A stretch of 28,330 bases of DNA. Origin: a virus. The stretch lies in IMG/VR virus record IMGVR_UViG_3300028925_003959. One strand, given 5' to 3'. Below are positions 16,133 to 23,127 of this stretch, piece after piece. The notes under the pieces were generated by a model. The model saw only the letters and a program-made list of their open reading frames with translations, made no database searches and was not told the origin of the DNA. Both the position numbers and the translations under genes were made by a program. How positions within the stretch are numbered: position 1 is the first letter of the stretch; every line of letters begins with the position of its first letter.

Positions 16133-17532
16133 TATACTGCTTGGGTTCTAAGTGTCTTTGACTTTTCTACTTCAAAAGTGTACTGCATAAGCTTGTCATT
16201 AGCTACTGTCTTTTTAGTATAGTTAGAAGTTGTAAGTCTTACAGGTATTACATATTGATTCAATGCAGAATCTGTTGCATCATCTTTAAAGCCTTCTAAG
16301 ATATAAACTTCAGGACTATTTATAAGTTCTTCAAACCACTCGGACTCGGATTCACTTACAAAGTCTGTATTCATAGTTATTTTCTCAGTAGCGTTTACTC
16401 TAAAGGATTTTTTACCACCTTTAAAGCTATCTAGTCTGTAAGACTTTTCATTCCAACTACCTGCAAGCTGTTGGTATGTACTTCCTTTTGTTGAGATAGT
16501 CTTACTAGACTTCATTTTAAAAGTGTAGTAATCCCAACCACCCCATTGATTAAGCCAAGTAAGTCTTACAGACTCAAATCCTTTTTGATTAGGACAGTTT
16601 ATATTAATAGTTATTCTATCAGAAATAGTTTGTCCTGTACTATTATGGGCTGATATTACATAGTAGCTTAAAGTAGGAATAGCAGCATTGAAGTCGCTAC
16701 TCCAATTCCTTAAATTTGCAGGAAAGCAACCAAGAAACATCATTTGTCTATTTATATGAGCACTCCAAACATCAAATCCACCATCTGTATCTAAGTTTTT
16801 TATAAGTATTGTTGAACCTATAGGTACTCCATCTGAATCATACATATTTACTTTGAACTGAATAAGAGTAGTGTATGGTACATTGCTTGATAATGGTGTT
16901 GATAAAAAGGGTAAAGTTCCATAGTCTTCTATATTAGCATATTGAGTTCTTGGTGCATTAGTTAAAAACCTTTGTCCTGAAGCTCCACCTCCTAACTGAA
17001 AAAGTTTAGTATTAAAGCCAAAATTATTACCTGATAAAATTATCTCATCAGTGTATTTTAAGTAACCATTGAATACTTTGTACAAGTCAGAGTTATCTTG
17101 AGTTCCATCAACAACTAAATCTCCTGATGCGTCTATGTATTCTGTAGTAAATTTTACAACTAAGTATCTTATTACTTCTGTATTCCTTGCATACTTATCA
17201 ATTAAATGTATTCCGAAAGGCACGTAAGTAGAATATATAGTCTTAAAAGCTGACCACTTATAAGCCTTATTCTGAGCATTAACAAAACTTTCAATTATAG
17301 GTCTGAAGTCAAACATTCCAACTCCTGCGTTGTTTGGAGTAGTCTTGAAAGTACCTACTACATCATTTACAGTAGATGGATTCGGAGGAGTACCATCACT
17401 TATATGAACTTCAGCTATAAACTTAACCCCTGTAAAAGTAGATACTATCGGAGTATTACCTACTGTAAACATTACTTCTTGCCCTACAGGTAAAGTATCG
17501 TATAAAGGATGCTGTGTTATTGTTGTTGCCAT
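16132..17532 (-). CDS. Tail/baseplate structural protein (466 aa)
   Basis: Long beta-rich ORF in the coupled structural block. No motif recognised. Confidence 0.3.
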   Translation of the reverse strand: MATTITQHPLYDTLPVGQEVMFTVGNTPIVSTFTGVKFIAEVHISDGTPPNPSTVNDVVGTFKTTPNNAGVGMFDFRPIIESFVNAQNKAYKWSAFKTIYSTYVPFGIHLIDKYARNTEVIRYLVVKFTTEYIDASGDLVVDGTQDNSDLYKVFNGYLKYTDEIILSGNNFGFNTKLFQLGGGASGQRFLTNAPRTQYANIEDYGTLPFLSTPLSSNVPYTTLIQFKVNMYDSDGVPIGSTILIKNLDTDGGFDVWSAHINRQMMFLGCFPANLRNWSSDFNAAIPTLSYYVISAHNSTGQTISDRITININCPNQKGFESVRLTWLNQWGGWDYYTFKMKSSKTISTKGSTYQQLAGSWNEKSYRLDSFKGGKKSFRVNATEKITMNTDFVSESESEWFEELINSPEVYILEGFKDDATDSALNQYVIPVRLTTSNYTKKTVANDKLMQYTFEVEKSKTLRTQAV

Positions 17533-18068
17533 TATTTAATTGTTGTTATGCTATTAATTATATCTTCTTTTACACTGCCTAGTAAGTCTTTTCCGAACTG
17601 CTTTAAACCAAGCCCTAAAGGTTTTTGAAAGAAGCTTATCCCTTGTATTCCTTTACGCCCTATACTTCTAGCAATTAAAAAGGTTATTGATTTTCTACTC
17701 ATAAACTTTCCGCTTGCATCTCTTGGAGCTATTCCTTTTCTAACAACCCACTTATCTAAAGCCTTACTTGGTGGCTGTGAGTGTCCTTTACTATTTTTAT
17801 AACTATAAGGAGTTTTAATTGCTTTCCCTTTATAGTCTTTAAATGTTCTTTTGGTCTTAGTTCCTGAAACTCCTTTGTCTACAAATTGTCCATAACTTGA
17901 CATATAGAATTGTACTGTAAAACCGTCTGCTGAAGTAATTACTTTAAACGAGATGGAATCTTCTAACTTAGTCTTATCTCCTTTTTTATAATTAAGAGTA
18001 GTTTTAGACTGAGCAACCACTTGCCGTCCAAAGCTTTCTAAGTACCTTTCTATATTGTCAGTTTTCAC
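17532..18068 (-). CDS. Basic virion protein (178 aa), possible neck/tail-completion protein
   Basis: Lys/Arg-rich ORF coupled by a 1-nt overlap on both sides. The function is only a positional guess. Confidence 0.3.
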   Translation of the reverse strand: MKTDNIERYLESFGRQVVAQSKTTLNYKKGDKTKLEDSISFKVITSADGFTVQFYMSSYGQFVDKGVSGTKTKRTFKDYKGKAIKTPYSYKNSKGHSQPPSKALDKWVVRKGIAPRDASGKFMSRKSITFLIARSIGRKGIQGISFFQKPLGLGLKQFGKDLLGSVKEDIINSITTIK

Positions 18069-18514
18069 TACTCTACTCCTACGAATACTTCAACTCTAGC
18101 TGTAACAGCTGTTGTTGGTTGTACTTGTAAAGAAGCTAAGTCTAACATAGTTCCAAAAGTAGGAGCGCCAACTTCACCTAAAGCAATTACATCTCCTGAA
18201 TAAAGAATGTGTGAGCCTCCTGCTCTTATAGTTACAGTATAACTTGAAGTAGTAGTCTGAACTGCTAACTCAATGTCTACAGCCGTTTCTAAGTTTGTTA
18301 CTCTAACGTATTTAGTCCTATCAACATCAATAGCTCCTGGAGAAGTTGAAGGTAATGTATCAAAGACCGCTACAGTAGTTACTACACTTGCTGTGCAGGT
18401 TACTATCCTTTCAAAGACGTCATTAATACCTGTTGTTGTTACTGAATTAACAGAGCCTCTTAAACTTCCGTTAAGTGTTACTGTTTCTGAAATTGTTGTT
18501 ACTAAGTCTGCCAT
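18068..18514 (-). CDS. Beta-rich structural protein (148 aa)
   Basis: Thr/Val-rich ORF in the structural block. No motif recognised. Confidence 0.3.
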   Translation of the reverse strand: MADLVTTISETVTLNGSLRGSVNSVTTTGINDVFERIVTCTASVVTTVAVFDTLPSTSPGAIDVDRTKYVRVTNLETAVDIELAVQTTTSSYTVTIRAGGSHILYSGDVIALGEVGAPTFGTMLDLASLQVQPTTAVTARVEVFVGVE

Positions 18515-18518
18515 AATT

Positions 18519-18590
18519 TTATAAATTAATTGTTATTTTAAATTTTTTCCATCCTATCATTATTTCTAGTTTCCAAATCTTAAACTTCAT
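18519..18590 (-). CDS. Candidate micro-ORF (23 aa, MKFKIWKLEIMIGWKKFKITINL)
   Basis: My own translation. The ATG (18588..18590) overlaps the upstream TAA (18590..18592) as TAATG, the coupling used at many real junctions here. Its stop (18519..18521) lies 4 nt before the next ATG (18514), so it exactly fills the 75-nt gap. Confidence 0.25.
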   Translation of the reverse strand: MKFKIWKLEIMIGWKKFKITINL

Positions 18591-19141
18591 TAATACCCTG
18601 CTCCATTTGAACTGACAGGAATATCGCAAGTCTGAAAGTCGTTCTGTACTAATACTCCAATATTAAATACCCAACCACAACAAAGATTGTCAAACCTTTC
18701 AGAGAACGGCTCTATAGTGAATTGGTCTTGCGTAAAGTATATCGGTTGATTAATATCATTCACCCCTTCTAAAGACTGCCTAGAACTATGCCTTAGCATT
18801 CCTATAAAGTCAGTACATACTTGAAGTGTTTCATTTAAGACATCTTGTTCGTTATCTAAAGTCTTTACTAACTTAGTGAAATCAGCTGAAGCATTGTTTG
18901 TAGTCCATTCAGTTCTTTCTGTTACCATATCCATAATGAAGATTTGGAAGTTAAAGACAAGCTGACTGTCTCCAGTAGTTACATTTGTAGGGTTGATATG
19001 AAGTAAAGGAAACTTAGTATTCTTATCTCCTAAATCTATCTGCCAAATATCCCCTACAGAAGTTGTACTTATTTGCTCGTGGTATTCCCCTAGTCTTAAA
19101 AGAGTATTAACGACATTATTATAGCTTTTATTTTTAACCAT
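18590..19141 (-). CDS. Structural protein (183 aa), possible neck/connector component
   Basis: ORF with ATG at 19139..19141. The -1 frame ORF from upstream ends 8 nt inside it. No motif recognised. Confidence 0.3.
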   Translation of the reverse strand: MVKNKSYNNVVNTLLRLGEYHEQISTTSVGDIWQIDLGDKNTKFPLLHINPTNVTTGDSQLVFNFQIFIMDMVTERTEWTTNNASADFTKLVKTLDNEQDVLNETLQVCTDFIGMLRHSSRQSLEGVNDINQPIYFTQDQFTIEPFSERFDNLCCGWVFNIGVLVQNDFQTCDIPVSSNGAGY

Positions 19142-19909
19142 TTCTTTTTACTTTATTTTGTGAGTTCAAATCTGTTTCATAACTTAACCAAGTCAGGCAC
19201 TCTAACAAGTTGAGCTTTGTAATACTTTCTAATTTACTAATATCTTCACCGCACAACCTGTGCATTACTCCGAACCATCCCCACTTACTGGCAAAGTCTT
19301 CACTAGCTATTGCACTTTCGTTTCCTTCAGCCGAGTTATCGAAAATGATAGCAAAGTCTCGGACAATACCTTCCCTAAAGTGTAAAAAAAAACTAAAGCA
19401 CTTTGAACTTGTTCTGCCGACATCTGTTTCATTTCTTCTGCTCTGAGCCGAATATCACCATCATACGGTTCAATAATATATAGTGTATCACTTTTCTTTA
19501 TTTTGATAGGTCTATAAAGTACCGACATCAATTCAGGAAGGTTCTTATCTATTCCATTCTTTATAAACTGCTCAATGTCTGCATACTCTCCTAATGTAAT
19601 TTCTGAAAGGTCAGGATGAAAAGCGTATTCAACTTCATTGATAGTTATAATCCTTTTAAGCTTAGTGTCTTGCTTAGCTTGAAGTTCTCCTATCTTTGAC
19701 ATAATGACTGCTACGTCTGATAAAGCTAGTTCCTTAACCAACCGTTTAGGAATGTCAGATAGTGCTGCTAATGTTGCTTCAGCTTCTTCAGTCTTAGTTC
19801 CTGTTTCAAAGTCAATAATTTTTAACCAAGTTTCTAATGTAACATCACTCCAATTGTTAATTAGACTGAACGATTCTACTTTACCATCTTTTTTAATTTT
19901 GACTTTCAT
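19134..19909 (-). CDS. Predicted -1 frameshift fusion product (about 258 aa): residues 1-175 of the 200-aa ORF plus 83 aa from the -1 frame
   Basis: The -1 frame is open from 19454 to the TAA at 19134..19136, with no ATG before 19265. It covers the otherwise gene-free gap 19142..19306 and translates to a normal-looking sequence: LHFREGIVRDFAIIFDNSAEGNESAIASEDFASKWGWFGVMHRLCGEDISKLESITKLNLLECLTWLSYETDLNSQNKVKRNG. Confidence 0.45.
19307..19909 (-). CDS. Zero-frame product (200 aa) of a candidate frameshift pair; tail-assembly-chaperone-like by architecture
   Basis: ATG at 19907..19909, 4 nt after the conserved 12-mer. It contains GTT TTT TTT TAC (a U9 run) 25 codons before its TAG. Confidence 0.6.
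   Translation of the reverse strand: MKVKIKKDGKVESFSLINNWSDVTLETWLKIIDFETGTKTEEAEATLAALSDIPKRLVKELALSDVAVIMSKIGELQAKQDTKLKRIITINEVEYAFHPDLSEITLGEYADIEQFIKNGIDKNLPELMSVLYRPIKIKKSDTLYIIEPYDGDIRLRAEEMKQMSAEQVQSALVFFYTLGKVLSETLLSFSITRLKETKVQ
19384..19392 (-). other. U9 slippery run (heptamer U_UUU_UUU in the zero frame)
   Basis: The plus strand has nine consecutive A at 19384..19392. The zero frame reads GTT TTT TTT TAC. Confidence 0.5.
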
Positions 19910-19913
19910 ACAC

Positions 19914-19925
19914 TATATAATAGAA
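19914..19925 (-). promoter_or_regulatory. Conserved late motif copy 2: TTCTATTATATA, 4 nt upstream of ATG 19909
   Basis: Exact 12-mer in the 45-nt gap after TerL. Confidence 0.55.
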
Positions 19926-19954
19926 ATAAGTTGTTTTTAGTTTAACGATTTTTT

Positions 19955-21265
19955 TTACTGCACATAATACCTTCCCACGTTCTTATCTATCTCATAATAC
20001 ATTCGCATTGCTAAAGCGTCAGCATAATCAGGAGAACGCCCTAGAATAGCCTTAACAGTATCTTTAGGAATTATCTGTAGTTTGTTATCTTTATCTGCAT
20101 CTTTCATTCTTACTTGTTCTAGTTCTTCTGTTATTGTATTCTTAGTATTAACGTCTGAACAACTTATACCAATTTGTCCTTTGTTTATTTCATCTGCTAA
20201 CTTGTAATAACATTGAGTCTTTAAGTTCTGATAGTTCTCTCCTTTTAAAGCTCTAGCATTATTTGTAAATCCTTGACAACGTAAGTAATCTTTAACTCCA
20301 CCACCAACTCCATCCTCATCTACTATGATATTCCTTAAAGCTACTTGATTTTCTTGTTGTAGTTTCTTAATCTCGTCCACAACATCATTTACAGCCGATT
20401 TAAGGATAGTTCTCACATAAGTAAGGTGTAAGCCTTCCCATAACATTATAACTGTCTTATCGCTTCCAAATCGTGCAACATCACAACTGATATACTTTTC
20501 TCCTGTTATTCCTTTTTGACTAAACATTCCCATAATAGAATTGTAATCTATAAGACTGTCATCAGTTGCATCATATTCCCAATTACCGAATAGAAGTCTT
20601 TGCTTACTTAGTTCATCTAATTGAGATAGCTGAGTTTCATAGTGCTTAGAGATGTAGTTGTTATCCACCACTAAAGACTGAATAAACTTTCTGTAAGGTT
20701 TTATTGTATTGTCTTGTGCAGGTCTGTAATACTCTGAATAAACCCAATTCTTAGCAGGGTTGCAAGTCATAAGCATCTTAGGTATTAAGCCGTTCTCATC
20801 TAACTTATATCTTAGTCTTGATGCTACTACGTTCTTAGCCTTTTCAGTAATCTGATTAGCCTCATCTATGAAAGCTCCTGTTATTTCTAGTGAACCTAGA
20901 CTATCAAAGTTTCTGTCTGAAGGGTATAAGAACAAGTCCTTTAGTATTATCTCAGAACCATTGTAAAAGGTTATCACATTACTTGAACCATTAAACGTGT
21001 AGTCTTTAATAGCTTTTAAGTTCCACTCGGTGCATACTTCAAAGAATGTATTTAGTGTAGTCTTTTTTAAAGCATCTAACTTTGACCTTCCCATTAAGTA
21101 CCTAGTCTTTGGATATGTTAGGCACATAGTAATTAAGTAGCTACAACCTACCCAAGACTTACCTCCTCCTGCTGCTCCTCCAAATAAAACCTCTTTAGTC
21201 TTATTGTCTAATAGATACTTTAAGCACTCTTTTTGTTTAGGTGTAAATTCAGGATTAATCTCCAA
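19955..21265 (-). CDS. terL: Terminase large subunit
   Basis: Walker A FGGAAGGGKSW and Walker B-like AFIDEANQ, with a C-terminal nuclease-type region (VDEDGVGGG). 436 aa. It overlaps the upstream TerS gene by 11 nt. Confidence 0.9.
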   Translation of the reverse strand: MEINPEFTPKQKECLKYLLDNKTKEVLFGGAAGGGKSWVGCSYLITMCLTYPKTRYLMGRSKLDALKKTTLNTFFEVCTEWNLKAIKDYTFNGSSNVITFYNGSEIILKDLFLYPSDRNFDSLGSLEITGAFIDEANQITEKAKNVVASRLRYKLDENGLIPKMLMTCNPAKNWVYSEYYRPAQDNTIKPYRKFIQSLVVDNNYISKHYETQLSQLDELSKQRLLFGNWEYDATDDSLIDYNSIMGMFSQKGITGEKYISCDVARFGSDKTVIMLWEGLHLTYVRTILKSAVNDVVDEIKKLQQENQVALRNIIVDEDGVGGGVKDYLRCQGFTNNARALKGENYQNLKTQCYYKLADEINKGQIGISCSDVNTKNTITEELEQVRMKDADKDNKLQIIPKDTVKAILGRSPDYADALAMRMYYEIDKNVGRYYVQ

Positions 21266-21608
21266 GATTTATATTTATTTTAATTCTTTCATCTCCTGAA
21301 GTTAAATCTATTTCTTGCTTCTCATTATAACCACGCTTACGTCCTCTTGTTCTTAGGAAGAAAGTTGTAGCTGTTGTATTACCTTCCTTGATTTGTTTCT
21401 TTAGACTTGTTTCAGCAAAGTCAATAAACTTACTATCAATATTATCTACTGCGTTCTTGTATTCTTCATCTTCATTCATCCAAGCATAATGTCGGCTTCT
21501 TGTTACCTCTGCTTTCTCACAAGCTTCAGTTACTATACCTAGTGAAGTTTCTAGTGCAGCTAGTAGCTTCTTTTTACCCTCCTGTGTCCTCTTTTGTTCT
21601 GTTTCCAT
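21255..21608 (-). CDS. terS: Terminase small subunit candidate (HTH)
   Basis: 117 aa, immediately upstream of and overlapping TerL. It has an HTH-like segment LGIVTEACEKAEVTRSRHYAWMNEDEEYKNAV. Confidence 0.6.
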   Translation of the reverse strand: METEQKRTQEGKKKLLAALETSLGIVTEACEKAEVTRSRHYAWMNEDEEYKNAVDNIDSKFIDFAETSLKKQIKEGNTTATTFFLRTRGRKRGYNEKQEIDLTSGDERIKININLGD

Positions 21609-21610
21609 AA

Positions 21611-21622
21611 TATATAATAGAA
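21611..21622 (-). promoter_or_regulatory. Conserved late motif copy 1: TTCTATTATATA, 2 nt upstream of the TerS ATG 21608
   Basis: The whole 15-nt gap between the NinB stop and the TerS start is TTTCTATTATATATT. Confidence 0.55.
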
Positions 21623-21623
21623 A

Positions 21624-22007
21624 TTATTCATATTCATTTGGCAGCATTAGTCTGATACCTAGTTCAGTCATTGCCCATATTCTTATTTGGTCTGCATATA
21701 TCTCAAAGGCTTTGCTATCCATTCTTGCTGTACTCTTAACTACTTGTACTCCTATTACCTTATCATTTCGTTCTATGCTTTCCCATTGAGTGGAGAACTT
21801 TAATTTTAATAGATCGTGAATTTCGTCAGGGTAGTAGCCTAGTTCGTTAGATAAGACTTGTACGATACAACTCCAATAATAGTTATTCTGCATATTGCTT
21901 CTTGTATTTCTTTGTTTCTTTACCTCTACTAAGTAGTCGTTCCCTAATTCCTTTAAGTAGTGTATTAGGTTGTGCTTGTCCTTATCGCATTTGATTACGA
22001 ACTTCAC
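21624..22007 (-). CDS. ninB: NinB/Orf-family recombination mediator
   Basis: KKQRNTRSNMQNNYYWSCIVQVL...VKSTARMDSKAFEIYADQIRIW parallels lambda NinB ERNRSLDQNRKLWACLGDV...GQSTSRMRVGEFAELLELIQAF. The start codon is GTG (22005..22007), overlapping the upstream TAG. Confidence 0.7.
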   Translation of the reverse strand: MKFVIKCDKDKHNLIHYLKELGNDYLVEVKKQRNTRSNMQNNYYWSCIVQVLSNELGYYPDEIHDLLKLKFSTQWESIERNDKVIGVQVVKSTARMDSKAFEIYADQIRIWAMTELGIRLMLPNEYE

Positions 22008-22237
22008 TATTCCTTTAATCTTTCTATTTCAAATAACAAATGATTCACTCCTTTTTGAATATCATCTATATGCTTATCAATATTAGACATACCTTCCTCT
22101 GTTTTCTTACCACAACGCAAAAGATATGAACAGGCAGTACCGACATTATATGATAAATCAAAGTCCTCAATGACCTTACGTGCTTCTATCTTGTATCTTC
22201 TTCCTATATAGTAACTTGGTATTCTATTGTTTTTCAT
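22007..22237 (-). CDS. DUF3310-like small phage protein
   Basis: The pattern PSYY...E..VIEDF.L....G.A..YL.R.G.K......D..K...HL matches my recollection of the DUF3310 consensus. Confidence 0.5.
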   Translation of the reverse strand: MKNNRIPSYYIGRRYKIEARKVIEDFDLSYNVGTACSYLLRCGKKTEEGMSNIDKHIDDIQKGVNHLLFEIERLKE

Positions 22238-22430
22238 CTTTCTTTTGTATTTCGCTATAAGTTCTGTTTCTATCGTGTGCTAGTCCTCCTGTCCTAGTTT
22301 CTACTTTATCCATTTTCCAAAGTAGCTTTTCTTTTGTTCTATTCTTTATTCTTGTTTCTATTATGCTCATAATAATAACTACGAAAAAGAAGATTGCTGT
22401 AAAGATGCCTAGTACGGTAAATATAATCAT
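22224..22430 (-). CDS. Small membrane protein (N-terminal TM)
   Basis: The N-terminus IIFTVLGIFTAIFFFVVIIMSII is followed by a basic tail. Confidence 0.55.
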   Translation of the reverse strand: MIIFTVLGIFTAIFFFVVIIMSIIETRIKNRTKEKLLWKMDKVETRTGGLAHDRNRTYSEIQKKDEKQ

Positions 22431-22447
22431 TGTTTTATTGTTTTAGT

Positions 22448-22618
22448 TTATTCTGTTAATAGTCTTAGTAGTTGGCTGCTCGTATATATTCTTTCCTTTC
22501 CTGAATAATTATCAAAGATACAAGTAAAGTTATCTTCTTCCCATATCCATAAAGAATTGACATTGTTCTTTATATGTCCTTTCAACACCCACTTGATTGT
22601 TTTGTATGTTCTTTCCAT
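22448..22618 (-). CDS. Hypothetical small protein (56 aa from MERTYKTIKW...)
   Basis: The track ORF 22448..22654 starts at a TTG inside the GC-rich hairpin, so I trim it to the first ATG (22616..22618). Confidence 0.45.
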   Translation of the reverse strand: MERTYKTIKWVLKGHIKNNVNSLWIWEEDNFTCIFDNYSGKERIYTSSQLLRLLTE

Positions 22619-22640
22619 ATCTATTGTTTTAGTTTGTATT

Positions 22641-22662
22641 GGGGAGGCGACCAAACCCCCCC
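22641..22662 (-). other. GC-rich stem-loop in the gap 22619..22719
   Basis: GGGGAGG (22641..22647) pairs with CCCCCCC (22656..22662): 7 positions, which on the minus-strand RNA is 6 G:C pairs plus one G:U wobble, with an 8-nt loop. It stands out in AT-rich sequence. No U tract follows on the minus strand. Confidence 0.45.
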
Positions 22663-22719
22663 TTTACTACTCAGGTCTGAAAAATTAAAGCCTTTGTAGG
22701 TCTTACCCTATATTTATTA

Positions 22720-23127
22720 TTAATTATTTCCTGAGTATTCTTTATATATCTTTTTTATTCCATCAAAGCAAGCTGCTATACAACTTCCACAATTAGTCCT
22801 TACTGAATAGTTTGCTCCGTATATTACATTGTACAATTCAATCATTTTCTTCTTTGCTATTTGGTTCTTTGCCCTTCCTGTTTGTAGGTCAGGGTACAAA
22901 GCTACAACTTCTTTTATTATTTCTTCAGGTATTTCTGTAGTTTTTTCAACCTCTGTAGTCTTTAACCAATACTTCTTTGGGCATTCCTGAGCTGAAATTC
23001 TTGACTTCACTTTCATAAAACAGGAACAAATTGTGCAATTTCCTAATAGACTTGAATAGTATACACAACCTTTGCAGATAGCTATCCTGTCTTCATATAT
23101 CTCTTTAGGTACAAAGAACTTATTCAC
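22720..23127 (-). CDS. Cys-rich (putative zinc-binding) protein
   Basis: Cys clusters CKGCVYYSSLLGNCTICSC...ECPKKYW and CGSCIAAC. No family name assigned with confidence. Confidence 0.5.
   Translation of the reverse strand: MNKFFVPKEIYEDRIAICKGCVYYSSLLGNCTICSCFMKVKSRISAQECPKKYWLKTTEVEKTTEIPEEIIKEVVALYPDLQTGRAKNQIAKKKMIELYNVIYGANYSVRTNCGSCIAACFDGIKKIYKEYSGNN

Noticed and set aside
19161-19178. tRNA-like T-loop string GAGTTCAAATCTG, plus a D-arm-like AGCTCAACTTGTTAGAGT on the opposite strand, in the gap 19142..19306
   Set aside because: The flanking bases do not form a T stem (GTGAG vs CTGTT). The best anticodon-region pairing has a 4-nt loop, and no acceptor stem can be drawn. The region is better explained as -1 frame coding sequence of the frameshift candidate.
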